Source: Felis catus
Taxonomy: Eukaryota
Length of the DNA: 64,000 nt
Direction of reading: 5' to 3'
NCBI RefSeq assembly: GCF_018350175.1
Contig: NC_058368.1
Location: forward strand, 64,668,001 to 64,732,000
The notes under the pieces were generated by a model that saw only the letters and a program-made list of their open reading frames with translations, did no database searches and was not told the origin of the DNA. Shown in pieces: positions 53,601 through 64,000 of this stretch (within the stretch, counting starts at the first letter, position 1; each line of letters starts with the position of its first letter). The position numbers and the translations under genes were made by a program.

Positions 53601-53813
53601 TAAAGACTTAAACTTTCTCTTTATTCATCTTAGGATAATCACACTCTTATTCCTGATTCCATCTCCACCAAAATATATTTTAGTCCCAGGTTTACCCATC
53701 CAGTGATAATCCACTCTGTTACCATTATTTTCTGGCTTTCCTTCTGTGTGTCATCCTTTAGTACATTTAATTAAATTTTCTTTCCCTCCCAAGTACATCA
53801 CACACTCACCTTC

Positions 53814-54009
53814 TTTTTTTTTTTTATTAAGTTTATTTAATTAATGGTGGGGAGGGGCCGGTGAGCAGAGAGAGGGAGAGAGAGAATATCCAGCAGGCTC
53901 CATGCTGTCAACGCAGAACATGATGCAGGGCTCAATCTCACAAACTGTGATATCATGACCTGAGGGTAAATCAAGAGTCTGAAGCTTAACTGAGTCACCC
54001 AGGTGCCCC
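53814..54009 (-). mobile_element. Can-SINE
   Basis: ATCATGACCTGAG..ACTGAGTCACCCAGGTGCCCC. Confidence 0.88.
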
Positions 54010-55130
54010 ACAAGCACATCTGCTTCTTGCTTTCCCTCTTCTCTCTCTCCTAAAAGACTATCACGGCCTGCTGGTTGCAATTTCTTCCACCTTATCTCCT
54101 CATATCAAGGTTGCCTCCTAGAACTCATTCTCCACACAGAAGCCACTGGTTTCATTCTAAGCAGCAATCATTAATCCAAGATTCAATTTTTTCAACTCTT
54201 CTTCATGCCCTAAAGCTTACTTGCATTACAACACCCAAGTGTTACCTTAGGTTTCTGGTCTACCAGCTTCAGTTTAATCTTTCCCCACTTGCCATTTTCT
54301 AAGGTTTTTATTTCTCATATTGACTTCTTTTTCACTGAGAAACTCCTAGTTATATTTGTTACTAAGTATCCTGTTCAGATGTCTTACCTTCCTTTCCCTA
54401 CGTCCTGTGTGATAGTCACAAAGAGTCACTTGATAAATATTTCTGACCTTTTCTGTCTTTCCAGGCATTAGCCATACATCATCACTATTGCACTGATATT
54501 AATTGTGGCCCAAATATTTTACTGTATATTCTTTCAGGTAACTTTTATAAATTGTAATGATTGGTAGTGACCTAGCAAGGATTATAATTACCACCCTTTT
54601 ATAGGATTTACAAAATTTACCTCAAACTGTAAGAATTACATACTTTTCAGGAATTTAATTGAAAAGGCACTCCTCCTTTGTTGGGCAATACCTTAAAAGC
54701 AAGTAATATCTAATGTCTCAGTTATGTGTAGCCCTTAAGACCCTTCTCATGGTGATTGCCATTGGGAAATTAATGAAAATTTGTGAAACAAGTGGTTTAC
54801 CAGTGGGATGAAGATTAAAGCTAGGCGCTCTGTTTCTTTCTTTCTTCTTTCCTTCCTTTCTTCCTTTTTCCCCCTCTGATTCTTACCAAGTAATCTCTAA
54901 AAATTAAGGTAAATTTCCATGGATATTCTAATTCCTTTTTTTGTTTTTTGTTTTTTGTGGGGCTTTTTTTGCACAAATGACCATCCATGTCCAAGTTTTT
55001 ACTAACATTCCCCCGTTAGGCAAACTGAAGTAATTCTTTTCCTAAAAATGATTGTGACAGATAATTTGAACTCTGACCAACTAAAGACAGATTGTTGCAA
55101 GGGAAGATTAAATTTAAAAAGTTAAATATT

Positions 55131-55341
55131 GGGGCGCCTGGGTGGCTCAGTCGGTTGGGCGTCCGACTTCGGCTCAGGTCATGATCTCGTGATCCGTGAG
55201 TTAGAGCCCCGCGTCGGGCTCTGTGCTGACAGCTCAGAGCCTGGAGCCTGTTTCCGATTCTGTGTCTCCCTCTCGCTGACCCTCCCCTGTTCATGCTCTG
55301 TCTCTCTCTGTCTCAAAAATAAATTAAAAAAAAAGTTTAAA
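55131..55341 (+). mobile_element. Young felid SINEC_Fc
   Basis: CpG-rich near-consensus body; perfect 15 bp TSD AAAAAGTTAAATATT at 55116 and 55342. Confidence 0.96.
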
Positions 55342-57488
55342 AAAAAGTTAAATATTTAGGTTCATTTGACACCTCCTCCCACTCCTTCATGTTAGTCACT
55401 TTTATGATCTGAGAAACCATAGAAGATTTAAGAGTATATAGCTAACCTCTCCTAATATTAATTATGGGGAACAAAGACAGCATGGGTAATTAGAAACACC
55501 AATGATGAAAAATTAGTCATTTTAATTCTCCCTTTCTCAATTTTAAGTCGATTTTTCTAAGAAGTATTTGGTGGTTTCAACCTATGTATTAATAGAGATG
55601 CTGACAAACTGAATCACTCCAAATTAAGTTGTCAAAAAATATTAATAGAAAAAAATATATATAAGCAAAGTACTGTGACTAAATGAGGTTAATATCCATG
55701 TCCTCAATGATTATATTGACTACATGCTTGCCATAATCAGAGACAACCATGTAAATTAAAGATGGATATTGTTAGGTAATGTGTCATTATAAAAATATTT
55801 GTTTTTTTATCTTAGTGACCTCCTTTATGTTATTAATGGTATTAAGATATTGAAGTAAAACAAATTTTATTCAGTATCCAAGAATAAATTGTCAACTCTA
55901 TGTTAAATTTTTTTTCGTTAAATCACAACTGTCCCTTTATAATAGGAATTGTAAAAATAACTGCAGAATAAATGATGATTAATTTTTTCAAAACTAAATC
56001 ACTCAATTTATATTTAAAAAATAATACTTATGGGGCTTCTTGTCAAGAAATTTTGAATAATGCTTTCAATGTCAATTAACACATTATTATTTATGCACAG
56101 AGACAATATGCTGAGAATTGGTAGTTTTTTGTTTAAAATGGCATATTTCACGTTTATACCATATTGAATTTCCTTATTACCCTGAAAACTGCAATTATAT
56201 TATGAATACCTTCATATATGCACGTCCTAAAGGGCATTTATTATTTGAAAAAGAACAGCAAATTTTGAAATATAAATATATGTTGTACAGAAGCTTTATG
56301 AAATTACTCACCAATTATCTTTAGGTTGACACATTCTTTGCAAAGATAACATGTGCATATTCAAATTAATTCATTTAAATTCAAATAACATGCATTTCAT
56401 AAACACCATGAATAGTACAAAGATGATTAAGTTTCTTCTAAATAATTTCAATTTAATCATGTAGGTAGATCATATATACAAATTCTGAAATGAAAGACAA
56501 CATGAAATTAATTTTAAAATGAAAGAAGATAATTGTTCTTAAAGATAAGCATGTGGGACATCAAATATAGGAGAGGTCATACACAAATTATTGATCAGTC
56601 TTTTGAAGTATGACAAGGGTTGGCTGGTAATTAGAAGACTACGTTAAAAAATACAGCAGAGTAGGAAATTTCTCTCTCTAGGAAAAGCAGAAGTTGTACC
56701 AAGTTATAAAGAAAATCTTTTTCTAATTTGTGAATTAATTAATATTTGCTAGTCAAAAGCACATTAATATTGATTTATTGATTTACTTGAAAATTGTGAT
56801 AATATTTAACCATATTACTGTTCTCCAATCAGAGGAAGATAGTATGTAATGATAAACAAATGTGTCACAGCAATCCATTTTATTTAGAAAGATGGTAGCG
56901 AATACCAGAAAAATAACTATTAGAATTAGTATTACTACCTTTGGTGAGCATAATTAGACTAAAGGATAGAAATGAATCATACTTATTACTAATCTTTTAT
57001 TACTTGATATTTAGTTTAAAATACATATATATCCTTAAGATGTTATAAAATGAAGAAAAATAATTGAAGGGAAAAGCAAGAGAAGGAAATGATTTAGAGA
57101 ATCAGAAATGTAAGGGGAAAAAATCCCAGAGAAATACTTTATAATAAGGATTAAAAACAAATGAAGAGGCAAAGAGTAGATTTTGAGAATCAGTCTAGAA
57201 TGTCTATCATTTCATAAAGGTGAGTTCCACAATTGTCAAATAAGTAATACAGCAGGCCTAGGAACAACTGTTTTGAACAAGGCAAGTAAGTCTTCTCCAG
57301 GAGGGAGATTTTTAGGTAATCCACCAGATCCTTTTTTTTAAAATATAAAGTCATTGGTGATATTCATATAGAAAATAATTCTAAAAGTTAGAGATTAAAA
57401 TAAAATATTGAGAGAATTAAATCAAAATAATTGAAAAGATAAAATCATGAGAGGGAATACCACTAAAAGCTACTGTTTCAAGTATTTG

Positions 57489-57490
<2 letters not shown>

Positions 57491-57528
<38 letters not shown>

Positions 57529-57564
57529 AAAAAAAACAAAAACAAAAAACAAAAACAAAAAAAA
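57491..57564. repeat. Long poly(A) followed by (CAAAAA)n
   Basis: Seen directly. Confidence 0.95.
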
Positions 57565-58099
57565 CCTGAAACCCAATGCTAGATGAATTAGTAATGTCAA
57601 GGGTTGGGGAGACCTCGAATGGGAGACATCTAAGCATGTTTGTAGGCAGAATATGGGCAGTCAGAAAAGAAAGAGTGTTGTAAATGTTATAGCTTAATGT
57701 AGGAGTTGGATTTACAATGGAAGGAATTATAAACTTACAAAAGCCATTTCTATATCACTATTTGTGAATGTCTGGGATTTGTTCCTCACATCCCTGGCTG
57801 AAGTCTCAGATAGATAGTACAACCTTTCTTACCACACTCAGGCCCTAACTTATAGTCTCAAATCTGAAGGGTTAAACATTCCAAACCCGTCTGGTACATC
57901 TAACCTCTATTAATGTAAAATTCCTATTCCACCACTCATTTCTCCTTGAGGCTGGGAAATATTTGGAGGGGAAATGATGAGGGGTCAGCTTGCCTTTTTC
58001 ATGCCTCTTGTTATACTCCACTCACTAGCTGTTATTTGGGTCCACAGAGTGAAGTTGGAAGAAAGGGAAAATATAATGTTTGAATCACCAAAATATTGT

Positions 58100-58344
58100 G
58101 GCACCTGAGTGGCTTAGTCAGTTAAGCATCTGACTCTTGATTTCAGCTCAGGCCATGATCTCACAGTTCATGAGTTTGAGCCCCATGTCAGCCTCTGTGC
58201 TGACAGCGCAGAGCCTGCTTAGGATTCTCTTTCTCCCTCTCTGTCTCCCTCCCTCACTCATGCTCTCTATCTCTCTCTCTCTCAAAATTAAAAATAAAAA
58301 AATAAAATAAAAAATAAAAACTTACTTAAAAAAAAAAAAGAAAA
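58100..58344 (+). mobile_element. Can-SINE
   Basis: 18 bp TSD GAATCACCAAA(A/G)TATTGT at 58082 and 58345. Confidence 0.93.
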
Positions 58345-58999
58345 GAATCACCAAAGTATTGTCATCAGACAATGGTTCCATCCAGCTGAGGAAAAAATGT
58401 CCAAAGTTGATTCTACCATGTTTCCTTGGGAAGTCACTGCTGGTAGGATTCCACCACCAGCCTCCAAGCCCATCCTGAGCTCCCATATCTGGCAGGATCC
58501 TTACGACTTTTGTCTCAAACTTTAGCTGCCAGGGTCCAATCCTCTGTTACAGTCAGTTCTGATATTCTCCTGGAGTAACATCTATTTTAGTAAAGATAGA
58601 TTCAATTATCTATTTCTCTGGTGAAGTTCACATGTGGCATACAGAAAACATGACTAAACTTTTGCCCTGACTTTTGGTGATGTTGAAGCATCTCACTCCT
58701 AACGTCTCCAACTCAAGCAGTCTCTCTCATCTTCAGACTTTGCAAGACATGAATCAGGTACAAGTTCCCACCTATTTCTCAAGGATGATAACAACAACTA
58801 GGGAACATATATCATGTTCTCTGTGTATTCTTCCCAAAGGGCTCTTTGATGGATATTTTTCATATTTTCCCTTTGTCCCTTCATGTCTTTTCTCCACCCA
58901 GTTCCAGCCTGCTGTAATTATCCTGGGGTGGTTTGTCCCAACTTTGAGTCCTTTTGCTTCTGGTTAATTCCAACATCGTAAGGAAAAAGAAAGCATTGG

Positions 59000-59300
59000 G
59001 GGAAATAGAAACTGTGATATTTGCTCTTCCTGACCCTATCCCTGACAGGCTGTAGGTTAGCAGGGACTTTGTTCCTTTCCTGAATGTATGGTTCCTCCTG
59101 GAGGCCCTCTCCTTTAGCTAAGGAGCTACAATTCTTCTGGGGTCTGAGAACCACTAATTCTGTTTTGCTCCTTATGTCCTAGAAATGACAATAATTCCCC
59201 TTTGTTGCTGGCTCCTGATTGTTTCATGTTCCATTTTTGGTTTGCAAATTTCTCCACAACTCTAAATTGTTCTTATTAAAATGTTTTTAATTAGCGCTTT
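59000..59300 (+). mobile_element. LTR33-like relic
   Basis: GTCCTAGAAATGACAATAATTCCCCTTTGTTGCTGGCTCCTG..CTTATTAAA weakly resembles LTR33 3' half. Confidence 0.35.
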
Positions 59301-59314
59301 TGGGAAGTTTTCTA

Positions 59315-59537
59315 TTTTTTTTAATATATTTTTTCAACGTTTGTTTATTTTTGGGACAGAGAGAGACAGAGCATGAACAGGGGAGGGGCAGAGAGAGAGG
59401 GAGACACAGAATCGGAAACAGGCTCCAGGCTCTGAGCCATCGGCCCAGAGCCTGACACGGGGCTCGAACTCACGGACCGCGAGATCGTGACCTGGCTGAA
59501 GTCGGACGCTTAACCGACTGCGCCACCCAGGCACCCC
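59315..59537 (-). mobile_element. Young felid SINEC_Fc
   Basis: Near-consensus with many CpGs retained; TSD AGTTTTCTATTTTTT at 59306 and 59538. Confidence 0.96.
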
Positions 59538-60272
59538 AGTTTTCTATTTTTTTTTTTATTGGGACCTTGAATTTTTTACTGGATTGAAGTAAGAAGCACC
59601 TAATTCCTTCCATGTTGCTCTATAGCATTCTGCATTATTTCCCATAAATATGCCAACTACTCTCTTAAGAGAAATCCTCATCACAGTCTTGCTCGATTTA
59701 ATTAAAAAAAAATGTAGTCTTATATAACCTGGAAGGGGATGATGGGCTAATGCTGTTAGAACCAGCTTCATAATTTTTAAAATATTTAGCAGAAGTGAAT
59801 TAGCACCTCAGTATGAATGTGGCAAAAGAGAGAAAGAGTGACTTTTCAATATCCTGCCATTCTTTTTATGAATTGAGGTCTGGGGGAGCGGAGAAAGGAA
59901 TGAAAGTTTCAGGCAGATAAATTAGAGGAATATTTCTTCCTCTGAGGAAATAGTGAGGCAAGGAGTTATGTGGAAGAACACAGAAAAAAAAGTGTTTAGG
60001 GAAAGAGCAAGACTGCAGAAGATCTCAGTGTTGTCAGCCAATGAGCATGTAGTTGGAGGAATGACCTCAAAAGAGAGGGAAGCGTAAGGAAGAGTTGGGA
60101 CAGTTAAACCTATTTGGAACATTTTCTGCCAAGACTACTAGAATGCCAACTAGAGGTGAATGAAGGAATTGGTAAATAACTGTGAGGGCTGCAGAAGTTC
60201 CTCACCATTCGGAGTAACCATTCCAAATACCTGCACACACACCTTATTACCGTCTCATACGTAGTGAGTTGT

Positions 60273-60288
60273 AAAGTCACGTGACTTT
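60273..60288. promoter_or_regulatory. Palindromic E-box / CLEAR motif AAAGTCACGTGACTTT
   Basis: Perfect 16 bp palindrome containing GTCACGTGAC (MiT/TFE, USF and BHLHE40-type site); function not shown. Confidence 0.4.
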
Positions 60289-60737
60289 TATGCAACGTGT
60301 AGTTTTCCCATTAAAAACAAAACAAAACAAAACAAAACTCGTTTGTGTCCTAACAATTCTTGAAGTTTCTTATATCTTCAAGTGACTGTAGTGGATTGAT
60401 TGTCATGAAAAATCTTGAAGTAGGTTTTCTACAGTAAGGATCAGGTTCTGTTTTCAAATGTCAGACAGAGTTGTTGCTGAAAAGGAAACTTCTGCAATTT
60501 TGTATGGCTAATGTATAGAAACAATTCCTAGTTTTTAAAAAAGCTGAACAAAATCACTTGTTTCTAAGTATTGCAAAACTATTGAGGATTGCAAATCTTT
60601 CAGTTATTTCCCTTAGAACTTTATTGTTAATATTCAAATTTAAATTCTGTGCAAAATATCCTTGGATCTAGGAAAGCTCTTTAGTGGAAGCATTTCTCAG
60701 CTTTTACATCTGCCATGTCCATTCATACCATCTTCAG

Positions 60738-61220
60738 TGAGAGGTGTGTCTATACCCATGAAGGACTGAGATTTTATCCTACTTGGAAGTTATCTAACTA
60801 ACCATAGCTTCATGGATGATGGCAGAAACTGACAAGTTCTTGCATAAAAACAGTTGCCAGAGCATTAGCACTTTTTGCATTGGCTTTCCAAGCCCCAATT
60901 CACACAAATGAATATGAAGAAGGCTAGGTGACATGCCCACAAAATGGATTGCATTACAGGAAACAAACCCTGAGTTTAGGGAACCCACATCTTTTATAAT
61001 GGGAAGTAGAAGAACACCTACCTTTGCTCAGCAAGAAGACACTATCACAGTCTCCAAGGCTCTAAGCAAATTTGGCTTTTGCTCTGGAGATGGTCACTCT
61101 GTTTTCCAAGATTGTTCACCACCCAAATGTTCTTGATGGGATAGTTCAAAAGACAATCAGTATCTCTGCTTGTGAGATACAGAGAAATGTGAGAACCACA
61201 TGAAGAATTGTCTTCCAGCA
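60738..61220 (-). mobile_element. ERVL solo LTR (LTR40-like)
   Basis: rc start TGCTGGAAGACAATTCTTCATGTGGTTCTCACATTTCT..CTCCAGAGCAAAAG matches recalled LTR40 5' end. Confidence 0.7.
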
Positions 61221-64000
61221 GGATATGCTCATATGTGACATAAATTTAAAGTCTCCAATATTTAAATCTTTGTGTCTAATTCATAGCTTAATTTTATTAC
61301 CATAGTGGTATGTCCAGAAATTATTAACCTTCTGGAATCAAACTTCTATTTCTTTGACACCCTGTCTCAGTGCTAATTTTGACAGTATAATGTTGTCTAC
61401 TGAGAATTTATATTAATTTGGGTGTATATCTGAGGTATTATCTTGAATATAAGTTTACTAATACAAGGAATTTAAAAAGGTTCAATGATATGAATTCCCA
61501 TATTAAATTGTTTTTTTTTTAATTTTCATTAACTCAGATTGTAAATTTTCATTTCCAAAAAGGAACACATAACACTATACTATTTATTTCAGTTGAGATA
61601 TATAGCTATTCTTGGTCACTTATAAAAAATTGCAGAGTATCATTGGGAAATTGTTCTTGGCTATATAACATCTGAGTAGAAATTGATTAATGATGGGTTC
61701 TTTTAGGAAGTAGCTTTAATTATAACTCATATGTTTTAATATATAGTTTGAATTCAATATTCTAACTCCACCAATAGGAGAAGGTAGTTTTGGCTATCAA
61801 TGGAGAATTCAGTGAAAAAAGACAAGTAAATCTGTCCTGCTGCAATTTAATGCAGGGCCTACTGTTAACAGCCCCCACCCCATCCACTCACATACACTCA
61901 CCAAGATCTTAGAGGATGGGAAGGAATTTCTAGTGGACATAGTTCAGGTGTTCTCAGCTTTATGGAGTAAAACTCTATTTCCCTTAGCTGTATTTTTCTT
62001 AAATTTATTGCTACTTGCCTTTTATCATCATTGGAATGGTTACAAGCTAAAAGTAAAGATTAGGGGTAGGTATAAAACACAGAATCTAAGCCTTTGGTCC
62101 AAAGGGCGCGAATAGTCCTTGAAACTCATGAGTGATGTCATTAAGGAGGTCAGAGCTAGGTAGCCATACAGGCCAAAGCTTTCACACTTGAAAGTATAAT
62201 GCTTTTTTCTTTTGTGTTCCTAATACGCAGCTCTTTCATGAGCTTGTGTTCACCATAGGAATCGCATCAAGGGCCCTGGAGTCCTGGATCCCTGCTAAAT
62301 ATCTTTCCATCCCCCAGCAGTGAAAATGCATTCTGCTTTAAATCATCCTATACAAACTGCATCAATTGGAGTAAATCACTTATCTCAAGTTGTGTTTTAC
62401 AATTATCTGACCACGTTTGTTCTTTTCTCTAATTGTAATATTTACTCAGATTGTATAATAATAATTTTGACAAAATTAAAAAGAAGTTAAACAGTACAAA
62501 TGTACTCTACAAACTGCAGCACTCAAAGACAGGCTCCCCCAAAAAAGTAATGAGTTTCATTGAAAATATCAGGATTGAATAGAGGAAGCTCATTCCTCAG
62601 CATCCCAGCAGGACAGTCAAATGAGATGGACTCTACTGTTCCCAAACTGTGTGCTCTGGGGAGTCTTCTGGGTTAACAGCATGAAAATTTAAATATATGG
62701 AGATTAGTAGGCACAGCACAGATCAGAGAGGCCAAGAGGGAAGCCACGTGGTGTGAGGGAGTTTTAAATAAGGAGGAGAAAAATGCGAGCTGTGGTTATG
62801 TGGGCTGAAACTTTGAGGAAAGAAAGATATTGAACGAGAATTATAAGCATATTGTGCTGTGTGTTATTACCTCATTACTGCTTCCTCAAGAGATCTTTAG
62901 GAAAGGTCAATATTCATTTTGAGTCTCTTTTAGAACTGGATGCTTTTTTGGATGGGATGCTGACTTGTTGCTGGGTTGGACTAGAGGTGGCCCAGCTTAG
63001 ATGAGTGGCATATAATTCTAATCACATATGGAAAGAAGATGGAAATAAAATTCTCTTATCATATTTGACAATTATCCCAACAAATATAATATTAATGGGG
63101 GGTTGATGAGTTAGACTTTTCGATGACGCTTCAGGCAATGAAATACACATACAAATACCAATTGTACACTAATTTTGCACTATTTTATATTTAGCTTTCC
63201 ACAGTGTGATTAAATAATAATCATTATTTGATCCCCTGCTTGAAAATTTAAACAAAATAATAATTAAATGAAATTAAGTAAGAACCCCAATGATAATCAA
63301 GATTATTCTGAAATTCCAATTTTTAAAGCCTGTTCCTTTGAATCTCAATTAAACCTTAATTTTCCTCCTTACAACATGACAAGCAGGGCAGGTAAAATTT
63401 ATAAACTAAATATTTTCATGCTGTAGAGGCAAACATGTAGCCCTTTAAGAAGAATTATCTTGTCAGATTATTTCCCTTCTAACAGATTGGTCCCAGAAAG
63501 CAGGTTTCACCTTTAGCAATTTGAGGGGCAAGAAATACTTCATTTTCCCAGTGAAGATAGTACAGCATTATTTATCATTTCTGCAATAGCATAATTACTC
63601 ACTCAGCATGGCAGCCATGGTTTATAGAACCATGCTGCAGCTTGGGTTTGTTTATTGGTTGCACTTTCCACAGCTTTCCATCAAGTTTCATCCCTTAGCC
63701 ACTGAGCTCCTGGGGTAATCAGTGGCCAGGCAAAATCATATACGTGCAAAGAGCCTCTTTCTTATCATTTATATTAAAGGACATTGGTACTTGTAAATTA
63801 TGCACCGATAAAGGCTGTTGTGTGGTACAGCCATGTTTACTGCTAGTTATAAAATAAAATATGGTATTTCTACATGCATCAGCAATAAAACCTCCATGAA
63901 CAGGTCATGATGACACATATTTATTGCTTTTGAAATACCTAAGAGTGTCCCTTCTTGTTTCTAGTCTCAACAAATTATCTTCCGTCAAGGAACAGTTACA

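Noticed and set aside
57491..57564. Retrocopy poly(A) tail
   Set aside because: No TSD or upstream element body visible; treated as a simple repeat
1..64000. All ORFs in the six-frame track as protein-coding genes
   Set aside because: All are 128 aa or shorter and many start at non-ATG codons. Those with recognisable text are Can-SINE or L1 ORF2 remnants, and none resembles a cellular protein I recognise.
1..64000. CRISPR array or other prokaryotic defence system
   Set aside because: Mammalian DNA with no regularly spaced repeat-spacer array or operon-like ORFs

Overview
This is AT-rich mammalian genomic DNA from a cat-family (Felidae) carnivore, judged by about 20 tRNA-derived Can-SINEs that include young SINEC_Fc-type copies. 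It appears intronic or intergenic. I recognise no protein-coding exon, RNA gene or prokaryote-type system, and all listed ORFs are short and best explained as chance or repeat-derived frames. The window is a mosaic of Can-SINEs, carnivore and older L1 fragments, L2/MIR relics and solo LTRs (MLT1, MER21, MER77-like, LTR33/40/41-like), with repeat-poor islands that may be regulatory. The most notable structure is a ~1.5 kb inversion-with-duplication at 29493-31038. It has two ~480-500 bp inverted arms around a 566 bp inverted spacer, splits a MER21 LTR and an L2, and has a 250 bp core identical between arms inside otherwise diverged arms (possible gene conversion). Other observations are old local duplications at 19.2/21.3/25.3 kb, TSD-flanked ultra-short or tail-only retro-insertions, a three-level nested L1>SINE>SINE, a candidate minus-strand first exon at ~34.5 kb and a perfect CLEAR/E-box palindrome at 60.3 kb. 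Repeat subfamily names come from my recall of consensus sequences, not from a database search.
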